From: Prochlorococcus marinus subsp. pastoris str. CCMP1986
GTDB taxonomy: Bacteria > Cyanobacteriota > Cyanobacteriia > PCC-6307 > Cyanobiaceae
Reading direction: 5' to 3'
Length of the DNA: 32,000 bases
Assembly (NCBI RefSeq): GCF_000011465.1
Contig: NC_005072.1
Location: 1,350,001 to 1,382,000 of the forward strand
The notes under the pieces are model-generated. The model worked only from the letters and a program-made list of their open reading frames with translations. It had not been told where the DNA came from and did no database searches. The position numbers were made by a program, and so were the translations under genes. Positions 12,872 through 20,998 of the stretch are shown here, piece by piece (position 1 is the first letter of the stretch; each line of letters opens with the position of its first letter).

Positions 12872-13390
12872 TTAAGGAGAGATTTCATCAAATTTTTTTA
12901 TTTTGCCATTTTTGCTAAATGAAACTACATTGTATTCCTCATAATCATGAGAATGCGAGTCGTGAGAATTTATTTCCATTCCAGGCGAACCAAGAGGCAT
13001 TCCAGGGACTGCTATACCAGAGATAATTGGTTTTTCTTTAAAAAGTTTGGTGATAGATTCAATCGGCACATGTCCTTCAATTGCGTAGGTTCCTATTTTT
13101 GCAGAGTGGCAGGACCTTAAATTATTGGGAATTTTATATTGGTTTTTAATTCCCGAAACATCTTCAATAATGTTATCAACAACTTCTAATCCATTTTGGC
13201 GTAAATGATTTACCCATTTCTTACAACAACCGCACGATGCTGATCTATAAGAAACGACTTTAGGTATATCTATATTATCTTGAGTTTTAGCACTACTCTT
13301 TTCGTCATTAAATATATTTACTATGAGAAATCCAGAGAATACAAGAGTTTTTAGTAAATTCTTCTTAAAGAATGATTTCTTAAATGCCAT
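12872..13390 (-). CDS. DUF411 / CopG-like periplasmic metal-binding protein
   Basis: CGCCKKW...L...G..V........IK....IP..L.SCH.A.I..Y.IEGHVP...I..L......I.GIAVPGMP.GSPGME is the DUF411 signature. The ATG is at 13390; the track uses TTG 13408. Confidence 0.85.
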   Translation of the reverse strand: MAFKKSFFKKNLLKTLVFSGFLIVNIFNDEKSSAKTQDNIDIPKVVSYRSASCGCCKKWVNHLRQNGLEVVDNIIEDVSGIKNQYKIPNNLRSCHSAKIGTYAIEGHVPIESITKLFKEKPIISGIAVPGMPLGSPGMEINSHDSHSHDYEEYNVVSFSKNGKIKKFDEISP

Positions 13391-13450
13391 CTCAGTAAGG
13401 GATTCCAATTTTAAAACTATTTATAAGATAATTGAAATTTTATTTGATTG

Positions 13451-13903
13451 TTATTTAATCAATATCAAAGCACTCATAATTGCCATTAAAAGATTTTCAA
13501 TAAAACTAATAATTCCTAAAGGAGTTTTTGTATATCCGCCAACGCATGCACAATTTAATTTTAATTTATCTAAATAAACAGCTTTAAATACTGATGCCAT
13601 TCCAACAATTCCTAGAATTAAAGCAATTAAAATAATTGAAGAGGGTGGTGCAGAAAGTAAAAAGCATATGCCAATTAATAATTCGCAAAAAGGATAGATA
13701 TAAATCCAATTTTTAAATCGAGAAGTAATTAAATCATATTTTTTATAACTCAAACCAAAAGCTTCAATATCCATAAGCTTCAGCATCGCTAAAAGACATA
13801 TTGATATGCCCATAAAAACTTGGAAGCTTTTAATCAAAGTAATAGTTATAAGAAATGAAGTACCAAATACTGCAACCAATGGTGTAAAAGACTTTAATTG
13901 CAT
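13451..13903 (-). CDS. polytopic membrane protein, MauE/DoxX-like
   Basis: It has four to five hydrophobic helices and the LNCACVGG motif typical of MauE-type proteins (from memory). The ATG is at 13903; the track uses GTG 13930. Confidence 0.75.
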   Translation of the reverse strand: MQLKSFTPLVAVFGTSFLITITLIKSFQVFMGISICLLAMLKLMDIEAFGLSYKKYDLITSRFKNWIYIYPFCELLIGICFLLSAPPSSIILIALILGIVGMASVFKAVYLDKLKLNCACVGGYTKTPLGIISFIENLLMAIMSALILIK

Positions 13904-13907
13904 TTTT

Positions 13908-14150
13908 TTAACTTTTAAGAACAGAGTCACAAATACTAGATGGATTTGCCTGCTTAACTATTCTTAGCTTTTTGATAAGAGTGTCTCGATCTATTTGATG
14001 TTTTAAATATTTAATACAAAGATTCTTTTCCCTATTTAAATAAGCTTCTGTTCTTAAACTGCTAGCAATAGAGAATAAATTAATAGCAATAATCGCTAAT
14101 AAAATGCTCATTGGGTATTTTTTGATAAAAGGAAAAACTTTATTTTTCAT
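13908..14150 (-). CDS. hypothetical small anchored protein (80 aa)
   Basis: Track ORF with an N-terminal TM segment. It is the first gene of the minus-strand run 14150..12259. Confidence 0.6.
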   Translation of the reverse strand: MKNKVFPFIKKYPMSILLAIIAINLFSIASSLRTEAYLNREKNLCIKYLKHQIDRDTLIKKLRIVKQANPSSICDSVLKS

Positions 14151-14192
14151 TATTTATACTCTTTATTTTAATCTAAATAGCATAGCAATATT

Positions 14193-14333
14193 TTAAATTT
14201 CGCAGCCGCGATATGAAGGGTTCTCTTCACACTTAAGTTTCCAATAAATTACTTTAATATTTGCTCCATTATCTATATCGTTAATAGTCCTAAAGTATTT
14301 AGGAATGATTGTATAAGGAACTCTTTTATTCAT
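14193..14333 (-). CDS. 46-aa micro-protein, family member B, not in the ORF track
   Basis: Hand translation gives MNKRVPYTIIPKYFRTINDIDNGANIKVIYWKLKCEENPSYRGCEI*. GAAGGAGG lies 5 nt upstream of the ATG. It has the same leader as copy A. Confidence 0.5.
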   Translation of the reverse strand: MNKRVPYTIIPKYFRTINDIDNGANIKVIYWKLKCEENPSYRGCEI

Positions 14334-14461
14334 GATTTCCTCCTTCTTACTACACCTATGTTCTAACTACCAACGCATATCATTTATGAGTATCAAAATG
14401 TACGGTTTAAGGAAGAATAAAGTACGGGTAGAGGACCAAATTTTGAGACTGTTATTTAATT
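14334..14461 (-). promoter_or_regulatory. conserved leader of micro-protein family, copy B
   Basis: 14403..14461 aligns with 10225..10283. The proximal block CCTCCTTCTTACTACACCTAT aligns with CCTCCTGTATCTACACCTTT. Confidence 0.45.
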
Positions 14462-14583
14462 ACCAGTCCTAGGATTAATACATGGTTGTCATGAGGCAGT
14501 TGCAGGCATATAACTGAAGCCAACCATAAATTATTTGAGATAAAGTCGAGAGAGAGATATCACTCATCAATCAGTAAATAGAT

Positions 14584-14604
14584 GATTGACAGTGGATCTA
14601 AAAT
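14584..14604 (+). repeat. boundary element core copy
   Basis: GATTGACAGTGGATCTAAAAT has one mismatch from the consensus. Confidence 0.8.
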
Positions 14605-14789
14605 ATTTAAAAACAAATTCATTATCTTGTGTGAAAAATTATCTAATATCAGGTTTGGTTGATGACTACAGAATAAAGATAAATCTTTTCGCTATTTCTC
14701 CTAATCATGCAATAAAAGTGTTTCAGCAGAAGTATCCAGAAGCAACCGATATTTATGTGATACAAGATCTATTTAAAGGGAATAAATGA
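14586..14789 (+). CDS. doubtful ORF (67 aa); the annotated TTG start is the TTGACA of the repeat
   Basis: The frame is open from inside the boundary element, so the true start, if any, is downstream. No family recognised. Confidence 0.3.
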   Translation: MTVDLKYLKTNSLSCVKNYLISGLVDDYRIKINLFAISPNHAIKVFQQKYPEATDIYVIQDLFKGNK

Positions 14790-14811
14790 CTTAATAGAAC
14801 TTTGGGATTTA

Positions 14812-15033
14812 TTAGCAGTCAGAAATACCATAAATAATGTCTGCGATAATGCAGTGATCTGATCCACTAGTTAGGTAGAAATCGTTTTGGACTAGGTTGT
14901 TTTTAATTTGCTCTTGGGTCATAAGATAACCATTATCTGCCTTAACTTGGCTTGGGCTTATTAGTGCGATTACCAATCCTGTACCAATTACTGATAAAGC
15001 AGTAAATTTCTTAAAAAGATTTGTTTTTTTCAT
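14812..15033 (-). CDS. small secreted protein (73 aa)
   Basis: Signal peptide is MKKTNLFKKFTALSVIGTGLVIALISPSQVKA. Two Cys lie in the C-terminal part. Confidence 0.7.
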   Translation of the reverse strand: MKKTNLFKKFTALSVIGTGLVIALISPSQVKADNGYLMTQEQIKNNLVQNDFYLTSGSDHCIIADIIYGISDC

Positions 15034-15185
15034 TTGACTAAATAAATTACGTTACATCTTTATGTTGTTCTGAATCTTATTTAGTGATTCCAATTCAGAA
15101 TCAATAAATTAATTAATAGTCATTAATAGATTATTGATTGGATTAGAGGTATTCACTATGATTCCTGTTAATTAACTCTTTATTT

Positions 15186-16526
15186 TTGAGAAGGTTTCTA
15201 CTCCCATTACTAGCTGCTCTCGCTCTACCTACTACTGTTAATGCAGCTAAAATTAACTGTAATTCTCCTGTTTGGAAAAATAAACCGCAATGCAAAAATG
15301 AATCTGTAAGAAAAAAGGTAAAAACAATACTTGATGAAGAAACAGGTTTAATGGTTATAGAAATGGAAGCAGATATACCTTGGAGATCGACATCTAATCC
15401 AAAAATTCCTTATAAAAATATAGTTAAGCTTACGTCGAGCTTTGACGGAAGTTCGGAATATGTTGTTTTTGATAGAGACTACATAAGAGGTGCATTTAGT
15501 AGATTTACTGTTTTAACTAAATGGAGTTCAGATTATTTAAGTGCAACATATTTTTTAGAAAATGATTGTTCCTATGTTTTTAATACATGTTTTGGTGGTA
15601 TTTCTGATTCTGGTGAATTAGATTCTCCAATTGAATTAAAATTCAATAACCGAAATTACACATTATATGGAGAGGATGGTCAATTCTCATTACCCAATGA
15701 TTTTATTGAACAAGTAAAAAATACAAGATCATATACCGGGCTCTCGGTAAGAGGTAACAATAGAATTATTCCTATCGGAGAAGTTACTGTTGAGAAATTA
15801 TCTGAGTTGTATAAAAAAGTTTTAAAAAAATGGACAATACCAGAAATTAACTTCAAAGCTAAAAATATAAAATTAAAACCATCAATTAAAGAGATAGCAG
15901 GAAATACACTTCCAAAAGTTGTGACTGTAAGGTCAAGCAGAGGTCAAGGTACGGGCTTTTTTATAAATGATGAGGGTTTACTAATTACAAATAGACATGT
16001 AATTGGCGCTGGAAAAAAAATTGATATCCAAATAGAAACTGCTACTGGATCAGAATTAACTGCGAAAACCATTTATGTAAGTAGAAAAGATGACTTTGCA
16101 ATTCTTAAGGTTCAAGGGGAGATTTTTCCCGAGGCTCTTCCAATTTGTTATGCAACCTATCCTACTGCTGGAGAAGAAGTAATAGCTATTGGTTCACCGA
16201 GGGGATTAACAAATACAATTACTAGAGGAATTGTAAGTGCATTTAGGAGATCAGGAAATTATTCAGAGGGTTTTGCTACAACTGGCACCTCATTAATACA
16301 AACTGATGCTGCAATAAATCCAGGTAATAGTGGTGGTCCTTTATTAAATGAGAATGGAGAAGTTATTGGTATAAATACTTTCGGAGCAACCTCATCTGGT
16401 GGGTCTCAAGGTTTAAATTTTGCTGTTTCAATGATTGATGTACTTCAGCAATTAAATGTTAGAAAACCTGATCTAAAAAATATAAATGAATCATCTATAA
16501 ATGAATGTGGAAATATTAAATTGTGA
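15186..16526 (+). CDS. secreted trypsin-like serine protease (S1C/DegP-type catalytic domain, no PDZ) with a novel ~240-aa N-terminal domain
   Basis: TTG start. The leader MRRFLLPLLAALALPTTVNA shares CTAGCTGCTCTCGCT with the 6007 leader. The catalytic triad contexts are ITNRHV, DFAILKV and TDAAINPGNSGGPLLN. Confidence 0.9.
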   Translation: MRRFLLPLLAALALPTTVNAAKINCNSPVWKNKPQCKNESVRKKVKTILDEETGLMVIEMEADIPWRSTSNPKIPYKNIVKLTSSFDGSSEYVVFDRDYIRGAFSRFTVLTKWSSDYLSATYFLENDCSYVFNTCFGGISDSGELDSPIELKFNNRNYTLYGEDGQFSLPNDFIEQVKNTRSYTGLSVRGNNRIIPIGEVTVEKLSELYKKVLKKWTIPEINFKAKNIKLKPSIKEIAGNTLPKVVTVRSSRGQGTGFFINDEGLLITNRHVIGAGKKIDIQIETATGSELTAKTIYVSRKDDFAILKVQGEIFPEALPICYATYPTAGEEVIAIGSPRGLTNTITRGIVSAFRRSGNYSEGFATTGTSLIQTDAAINPGNSGGPLLNENGEVIGINTFGATSSGGSQGLNFAVSMIDVLQQLNVRKPDLKNINESSINECGNIKL

Positions 16527-16746
16527 TTCTCCAGTTAGGGGAAATAAGCCTAGATGTAATTAATAAGGGATCTGCCGTCCAGCTATAGAAGCCCGCATCC
16601 AACCCCTATCTATTAAATTAATCAGCTCTAAACTTTTGGCAGAAATTTGTGAGGTGTCGTATTTACGTATAGGCAAAGATGATTACCCCCATGCCACCCC
16701 ATCGAAAACCACTCATAGATAACTAATCAATTAAAACTTAAAACAA

Positions 16747-17064
16747 ATGGACAGAACACAACAAATTAAGGATGCTCATCCTTGGCTTTCCTACGAAGAA
16801 GTAGTGAAGGTAATTCTCTATCATCATCATCAGGGTTCAATGTGGATTCATAACCTTCAGAGAGACAAGCTTGAGAGGTCGATGGAAGCGTTCACAAAGC
16901 TTCTTAAATCAAAGAGCATGAAAGCCCTTAAACCCTTTGTAGAGTACGTTCTAGGCGTCTACTACAGGGGTGTAGATAAGTATGGTAATCAGACAGAAGT
17001 AAACAAAGAGTCCTTCGAGAATAGATGGCATAAAGCAAGAACAATTTTACTAACAAGCAAATAA
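16747..17064 (+). CDS. hypothetical 105-aa protein (intact member of the family with decayed copies at 7066 and 4551)
   Basis: Track ORF. It is richer in G+C than the surrounding island. No family recognised. Confidence 0.75.
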   Translation: MDRTQQIKDAHPWLSYEEVVKVILYHHHQGSMWIHNLQRDKLERSMEAFTKLLKSKSMKALKPFVEYVLGVYYRGVDKYGNQTEVNKESFENRWHKARTILLTSK

Positions 17065-17125
17065 GTTTATTGACCTCCAACCTTTACTAATGATATAAAT
17101 ATTAGTACACTTGTACTAACTAATC

Positions 17126-17356
17126 ATGGAGGACTGGCAGGAATGGGAATACTTCGATTATCACGGAGAACTGAGAAGCAAACGCACAAAGATTTGCATT
17201 ACTTGCACTCACTTTCGTTACAGCACGACAGATCAATGTGTAACTATCTTGACCTGTCCCTTTCACCAGAAGCTTATTCCTCAAGGAGATCATTTAGTTA
17301 AGGGCTGTACTTACTGGAGGAAAGATAGTCGAATATTTGCTCCAGAAGCAGCTTAA
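17126..17356 (+). CDS. hypothetical Cys-rich 76-aa protein (possible metal-binding)
   Basis: Track ORF. It has CxxC (CITC) plus four further Cys and several His. Confidence 0.65.
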   Translation: MEDWQEWEYFDYHGELRSKRTKICITCTHFRYSTTDQCVTILTCPFHQKLIPQGDHLVKGCTYWRKDSRIFAPEAA

Positions 17357-17422
17357 GGATCTGGCACGTAGTTCAGTAGAGAGAGTATTAAACCTTTTCT
17401 ATAACTAGGTTTTATATCTCTA

Positions 17423-17651
17423 GCTGGTATAGATTATTAAAACTGCTGGTATAAAAGACTGTCTAACTCCTTAAAAAGCATTGCAAATACTGGGTTTATT
17501 GAACTCAGCAAAAAGTTTGCTCCAAGCGATCTGTTTCTATATTTTTCTAAACTTTCTTCGACCAACTATCTTCGATAAACTAAATAAAATGCTTTGGATT
17601 TAGCTGGCTTATGAAAAAGTTAACATAATGCCATACCAGCATCATACCAGC
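17423..17651. repeat. cluster of GCTGGTATA direct and inverted repeats at the island/core boundary
   Basis: GCTGGTATA occurs at 17423-17431 and 17445-17453. GCTGGCTTA occurs at 17603. The inverse CATACCAGC occurs at 17632-17640 and 17643-17651. Confidence 0.7.
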
Positions 17652-17678
17652 AGCACAATTTCCCGAAAATTATAGACT

Positions 17679-18140
17679 ATGACTGAACCTAACTACTGGC
17701 TAATGAAAAGTGAACCAGACGCTTACAGTATTGATACTTTAAAAAAAGATGGAGTTACTTTATGGGATGGCATCCGAAATTATCAGGCGCGCAATTTTAT
17801 GAGAAGAATGTCTCTTGGAGATAAAGTATTTTTTTACCATTCAAATTGCAAACCTCCTGGAATAGTTGGATTTATGGAGGTTATCGATCTAAATATTATT
17901 GACCCAACTCAATTCCAAAAAGAATCTAAATATTATGATCCTAAATCAAGTCAAGAGGAACCAAGATGGGATTGTGTGAAAGTCAAATATCTATTTAAAG
18001 CAAATAAATTTTTAAGCTTAACTGAATTAAAAATTTTATTTAATGAGGAGGAACTGTTATTAGTTAAGAAAGGTAATAGATTATCTATTATTCCAATAAA
18101 AAAAGAAATAGCTAAATTGATCTTAGAGAAAATTAAATAA
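17679..18140 (+). CDS. EVE (PUA-like) domain protein
   Basis: YWLMKSEPD.YSI..L.......WDG.RNYQARNFMR.M..GD.VFFYHS is the EVE domain N-terminal signature. Confidence 0.9.
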   Translation: MTEPNYWLMKSEPDAYSIDTLKKDGVTLWDGIRNYQARNFMRRMSLGDKVFFYHSNCKPPGIVGFMEVIDLNIIDPTQFQKESKYYDPKSSQEEPRWDCVKVKYLFKANKFLSLTELKILFNEEELLLVKKGNRLSIIPIKKEIAKLILEKIK

Positions 18141-18153
18141 AGTTAATTCTTGA

Positions 18154-18405
18154 TTAGTTATCAAAATCCATAGAAAACATTTTACCTATATAAAGCCTTG
18201 TGAGATCCCTATTTTGAAATCCTTTTTGCATCAAAAAGCCAGCAATTGCTGCTTGTAAGATTCTATATTGATCCCAATTAGGATGTTCCTCAACAAATTT
18301 ATTCATAGCTTGTTGAAGGTTTTCATGAAGGTCACATTTAAAGCTAATTATTTCTTCTTTATTGTTGATATTTTTTTGTTTAACATCACAATTTAATTCT
18401 TGCAT
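18154..18405 (-). CDS. conserved cyanobacterial hypothetical protein (DUF2811-like, name from memory)
   Basis: Track ORF. The HPNWDQYRILQAAIAGFLMQKG segment looks like the conserved core of a small cyanobacterial family. Confidence 0.75.
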   Translation of the reverse strand: MQELNCDVKQKNINNKEEIISFKCDLHENLQQAMNKFVEEHPNWDQYRILQAAIAGFLMQKGFQNRDLTRLYIGKMFSMDFDN

Positions 18406-18720
18406 AATTCAAATAGGGGGAAAAGATCAATAGGGCATGGGATCAGTTTTCTCTAAAAAAAGTAAATAGTCAACTTTTTAATATTTATATATGTCTCATT
18501 CGTATTAGAGATGAGACCCCTTAAGAAGACTAAGTTTCTATAGAAATTTGTCTGAATAACATAAATCTCATTAAGTAATATAAAAATTGCTTAAAATTAC
18601 AAGTTTTCCACATAAGGTTGATCTGCAAATATTTTTTTAGAAATTAGCTGTGGAAAAGATGTTAAAAAAGATTTTTAGATCGGGGAATTTTTTCAAAAAA
18701 TTTCCAATTTAATTAATTTT

Positions 18721-19092
18721 TCAATCCATTGATTCCCACATTTTTTTTATTTCATAAAATAAATTTTCAGCTATTGGTATAGGCCAATACATTTCAAATG
18801 ATCGAGTTTGTTCTGAGCTTTCAAATATTAGTCTTAAATTCCATCCATATTTTTTACCCTCCAATTCTGCGTACCAGGGTAATTGTTCTATTTCTAAATT
18901 AATAAACTCTTCGTCCATTAATTCATCCTTTATTTCCAACAATTGATTATTCAGTTTTATAAGTAATTTATATAGCAATTCGAATTCATGTTTCTGTAAC
19001 TCAATAGCCCAATTATTTACACCAATCAAAAAACAAAATTTACCTTTTTTAGTATCTTTAATTAATCTCCAATTATTTTCTTCAAATGACAA
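18721..19092 (-). CDS. conserved cyanobacterial hypothetical protein (DUF1818-like, name from memory)
   Basis: Track ORF lying 2 nt downstream of rpoZ, apparently in the same operon. Confidence 0.8.
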   Translation of the reverse strand: MSFEENNWRLIKDTKKGKFCFLIGVNNWAIELQKHEFELLYKLLIKLNNQLLEIKDELMDEEFINLEIEQLPWYAELEGKKYGWNLRLIFESSEQTRSFEMYWPIPIAENLFYEIKKMWESMD

Positions 19093-19094
19093 AG

Positions 19095-19331
19095 CTAACC
19101 TGGAAGTAAATCTGGTTGATCTTGTTCATCGCTTAATTCAATAATTGATCTTTGAACTGGTTTAATAGCTGATTCTTCTAATAAACCATCAAAATCGTCA
19201 AACCTTCTTTGTTTAGCTCTAAAAGCAATTCTTACAGTTGTTAAGTATCTATTTGTAGATTTCCTTATTAAACTTTCGCCTCTTTTTGCAAGATCATTAT
19301 GATCCATATTGGAATTATTCGATACGTTCAT
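19095..19331 (-). CDS. rpoZ: DNA-directed RNA polymerase omega subunit
   Basis: 78 aa. The NRY.LT...A.RAK........D segment and the acidic C-terminus are typical of cyanobacterial RpoZ. Confidence 0.8.
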   Translation of the reverse strand: MNVSNNSNMDHNDLAKRGESLIRKSTNRYLTTVRIAFRAKQRRFDDFDGLLEESAIKPVQRSIIELSDEQDQPDLLPG

Positions 19332-19432
19332 AAAAAAATATTTTTAAATATACAATATAGTTTACATTAATATTAACATCATTAAAATTATAAATTTTCA
19401 AACGAACTTAAAAAAATAATAAGAAATCTGTT

Positions 19433-20998
19433 ATGGAAAATAATTGTTCAGGAACCCTTGCTCTTGATTTAGGAAATACTAATACTGTATTAGCTTTTCA
19501 AGCGGAGAAAGATAGAGATTTTATTTTAATAGAAATACCAGGTATTACGTCTTCTCCTGGAGTCATCCCATCAGTAGTTTGGTTCGAAGGTGGAGATAAT
19601 GTTGGAAGGATAGGATTATCTGCATTGAAAAAGAAAAATTTATCTTATTCAGAAAAATATTTTCATTCAAATTTTAAAAGATTAATTGGTAATCCTATTG
19701 AAAGGCAAAAAAAGAAAGTTTTAAGTCCCATAGAATCAGGTGAAAAATTTTTCAAAATTCTTTGGGAAAACATTCCACTAGAATTTAACATTAAAAGGCT
19801 GGTTTTAACAGCCCCAATTGACACTTATAAGGGTTACAGAAAGTGGTTAATAAGTCTATGTGAAAGTTTACCTATTAATGAGGTAGCACTTGTTGATGAA
19901 CCAACTGCAGCCGGGATAGGAATGAATGTTCCACTAGGTTCAATTATTATGATTATCGATATTGGTGGGAGTACTATCGATATGAGCGTAATCAAAACAC
20001 AAGGTGGGGAAGGTAAATCTGCACCTATTGCAGAACTATTAAAGTTCCAAGGAAAGGATGTAAGTGCAATATCAAAGCAAAAATTAAGATGTGCTGAAAT
20101 AATAAGCAAATCGGGTTCAAAAGTCGGAGGTAAAGATATAGATCAGTGGATTGTTAATTACTTTTTACCATCAAATCAAGATGAGAGGAATTTTTCCATA
20201 GCAGAAAAATTAAAATGTAAGCTTAGTGGCCAAGAAATTGAATCTGAGAGAAAATACCTTATCTCTTTATTTACAGCAGAGAACGAAGAAAAAGAATTTT
20301 TCATTAGTAAAGAAATTTTTGAAAAGATTATGATGCAGAATAATCTTTTGAGTCACTTAAATTCCCTACTTAAGGATTTATTAAATGAGGCTAGAGGAAA
20401 ATTTTTTAATTTAGATGATTTAAACTCTGTGATTTTGGTTGGAGGAGGAACACAAATTCCATTAATAAAAAAGTGGATCACTAATAAGATGTCAGGAATA
20501 CAAATCAATTCTCCACCACCGATTGAATCAATAGCAATTGGAGCTCTTGCTATGACTCCTGGAGTAAAGATTAAAGATATCTTAATTAAAGGCTTATCAA
20601 TTAGATTATTTAATAAAAGAGAACAAAAACATTTCTGGCATCCAATTTTTTATAAAGGGCAAACATGGCCTACAGAAAAACCATTTGAGTTAATTCTTCA
20701 AGCCAGTAAAGATGGTCAGAACATTTTCGAGATAATTATTGGAGAAACTAAAACGAAGAGAAATTTTGATGTAATTTTTGAGAATGGATTACCAAAGTTA
20801 TCAGAATCTCAAAATGAAGAAGAGGTTTTTAAATGGAATAAAAAACCTCTTCAAATAAATGTGAACAATGAGTGTAAAATTGGAGAAGATAGCTTAAAAC
20901 TTTATTTCAGCATTAAAAAGGATTCATCTCTTTATCTCAGATGTCTAGATATTTATGAAAAAGAATTAGGTGTATTTAATTTAGGAAATATCTTTTAA
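19433..20998 (+). CDS. Hsp70/DnaK-family ATPase-like protein with a divergent C-terminal region
   Basis: It has the actin-fold phosphate motifs LALDLGNTNT, VDEPTAAGIG, IDIGGSTIDMS and LVGGGTQIPL. No canonical DnaK substrate-binding domain sequence was recognised. Confidence 0.9.
   Translation: MENNCSGTLALDLGNTNTVLAFQAEKDRDFILIEIPGITSSPGVIPSVVWFEGGDNVGRIGLSALKKKNLSYSEKYFHSNFKRLIGNPIERQKKKVLSPIESGEKFFKILWENIPLEFNIKRLVLTAPIDTYKGYRKWLISLCESLPINEVALVDEPTAAGIGMNVPLGSIIMIIDIGGSTIDMSVIKTQGGEGKSAPIAELLKFQGKDVSAISKQKLRCAEIISKSGSKVGGKDIDQWIVNYFLPSNQDERNFSIAEKLKCKLSGQEIESERKYLISLFTAENEEKEFFISKEIFEKIMMQNNLLSHLNSLLKDLLNEARGKFFNLDDLNSVILVGGGTQIPLIKKWITNKMSGIQINSPPPIESIAIGALAMTPGVKIKDILIKGLSIRLFNKREQKHFWHPIFYKGQTWPTEKPFELILQASKDGQNIFEIIIGETKTKRNFDVIFENGLPKLSESQNEEEVFKWNKKPLQINVNNECKIGEDSLKLYFSIKKDSSLYLRCLDIYEKELGVFNLGNIF

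Noticed and set aside
12536-13577. Plus-strand track ORFs 12536..12781 and 13323..13577
   Set aside because: They are antisense to well-supported minus-strand genes (the secreted Cys protein, DUF411 and the MauE-like protein).
2041-14604. The boundary elements as integron attC sites
   Set aside because: There are no RYYYAAC/GTTRRRY core sites, the elements are much shorter than attC, and no intI-type integrase or attI is present in the window. The analogy is architectural only.
17361-17396. tRNA-like fragment (GGCACGTAGTTCAGTAGAGAGAG resembles an acceptor plus D-arm) as an island att remnant
   Set aside because: The D-stem is not complementary, there is no anticodon arm, and no GGTTCGAATCC-type T-arm exists anywhere in the window. 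No tRNA is called.
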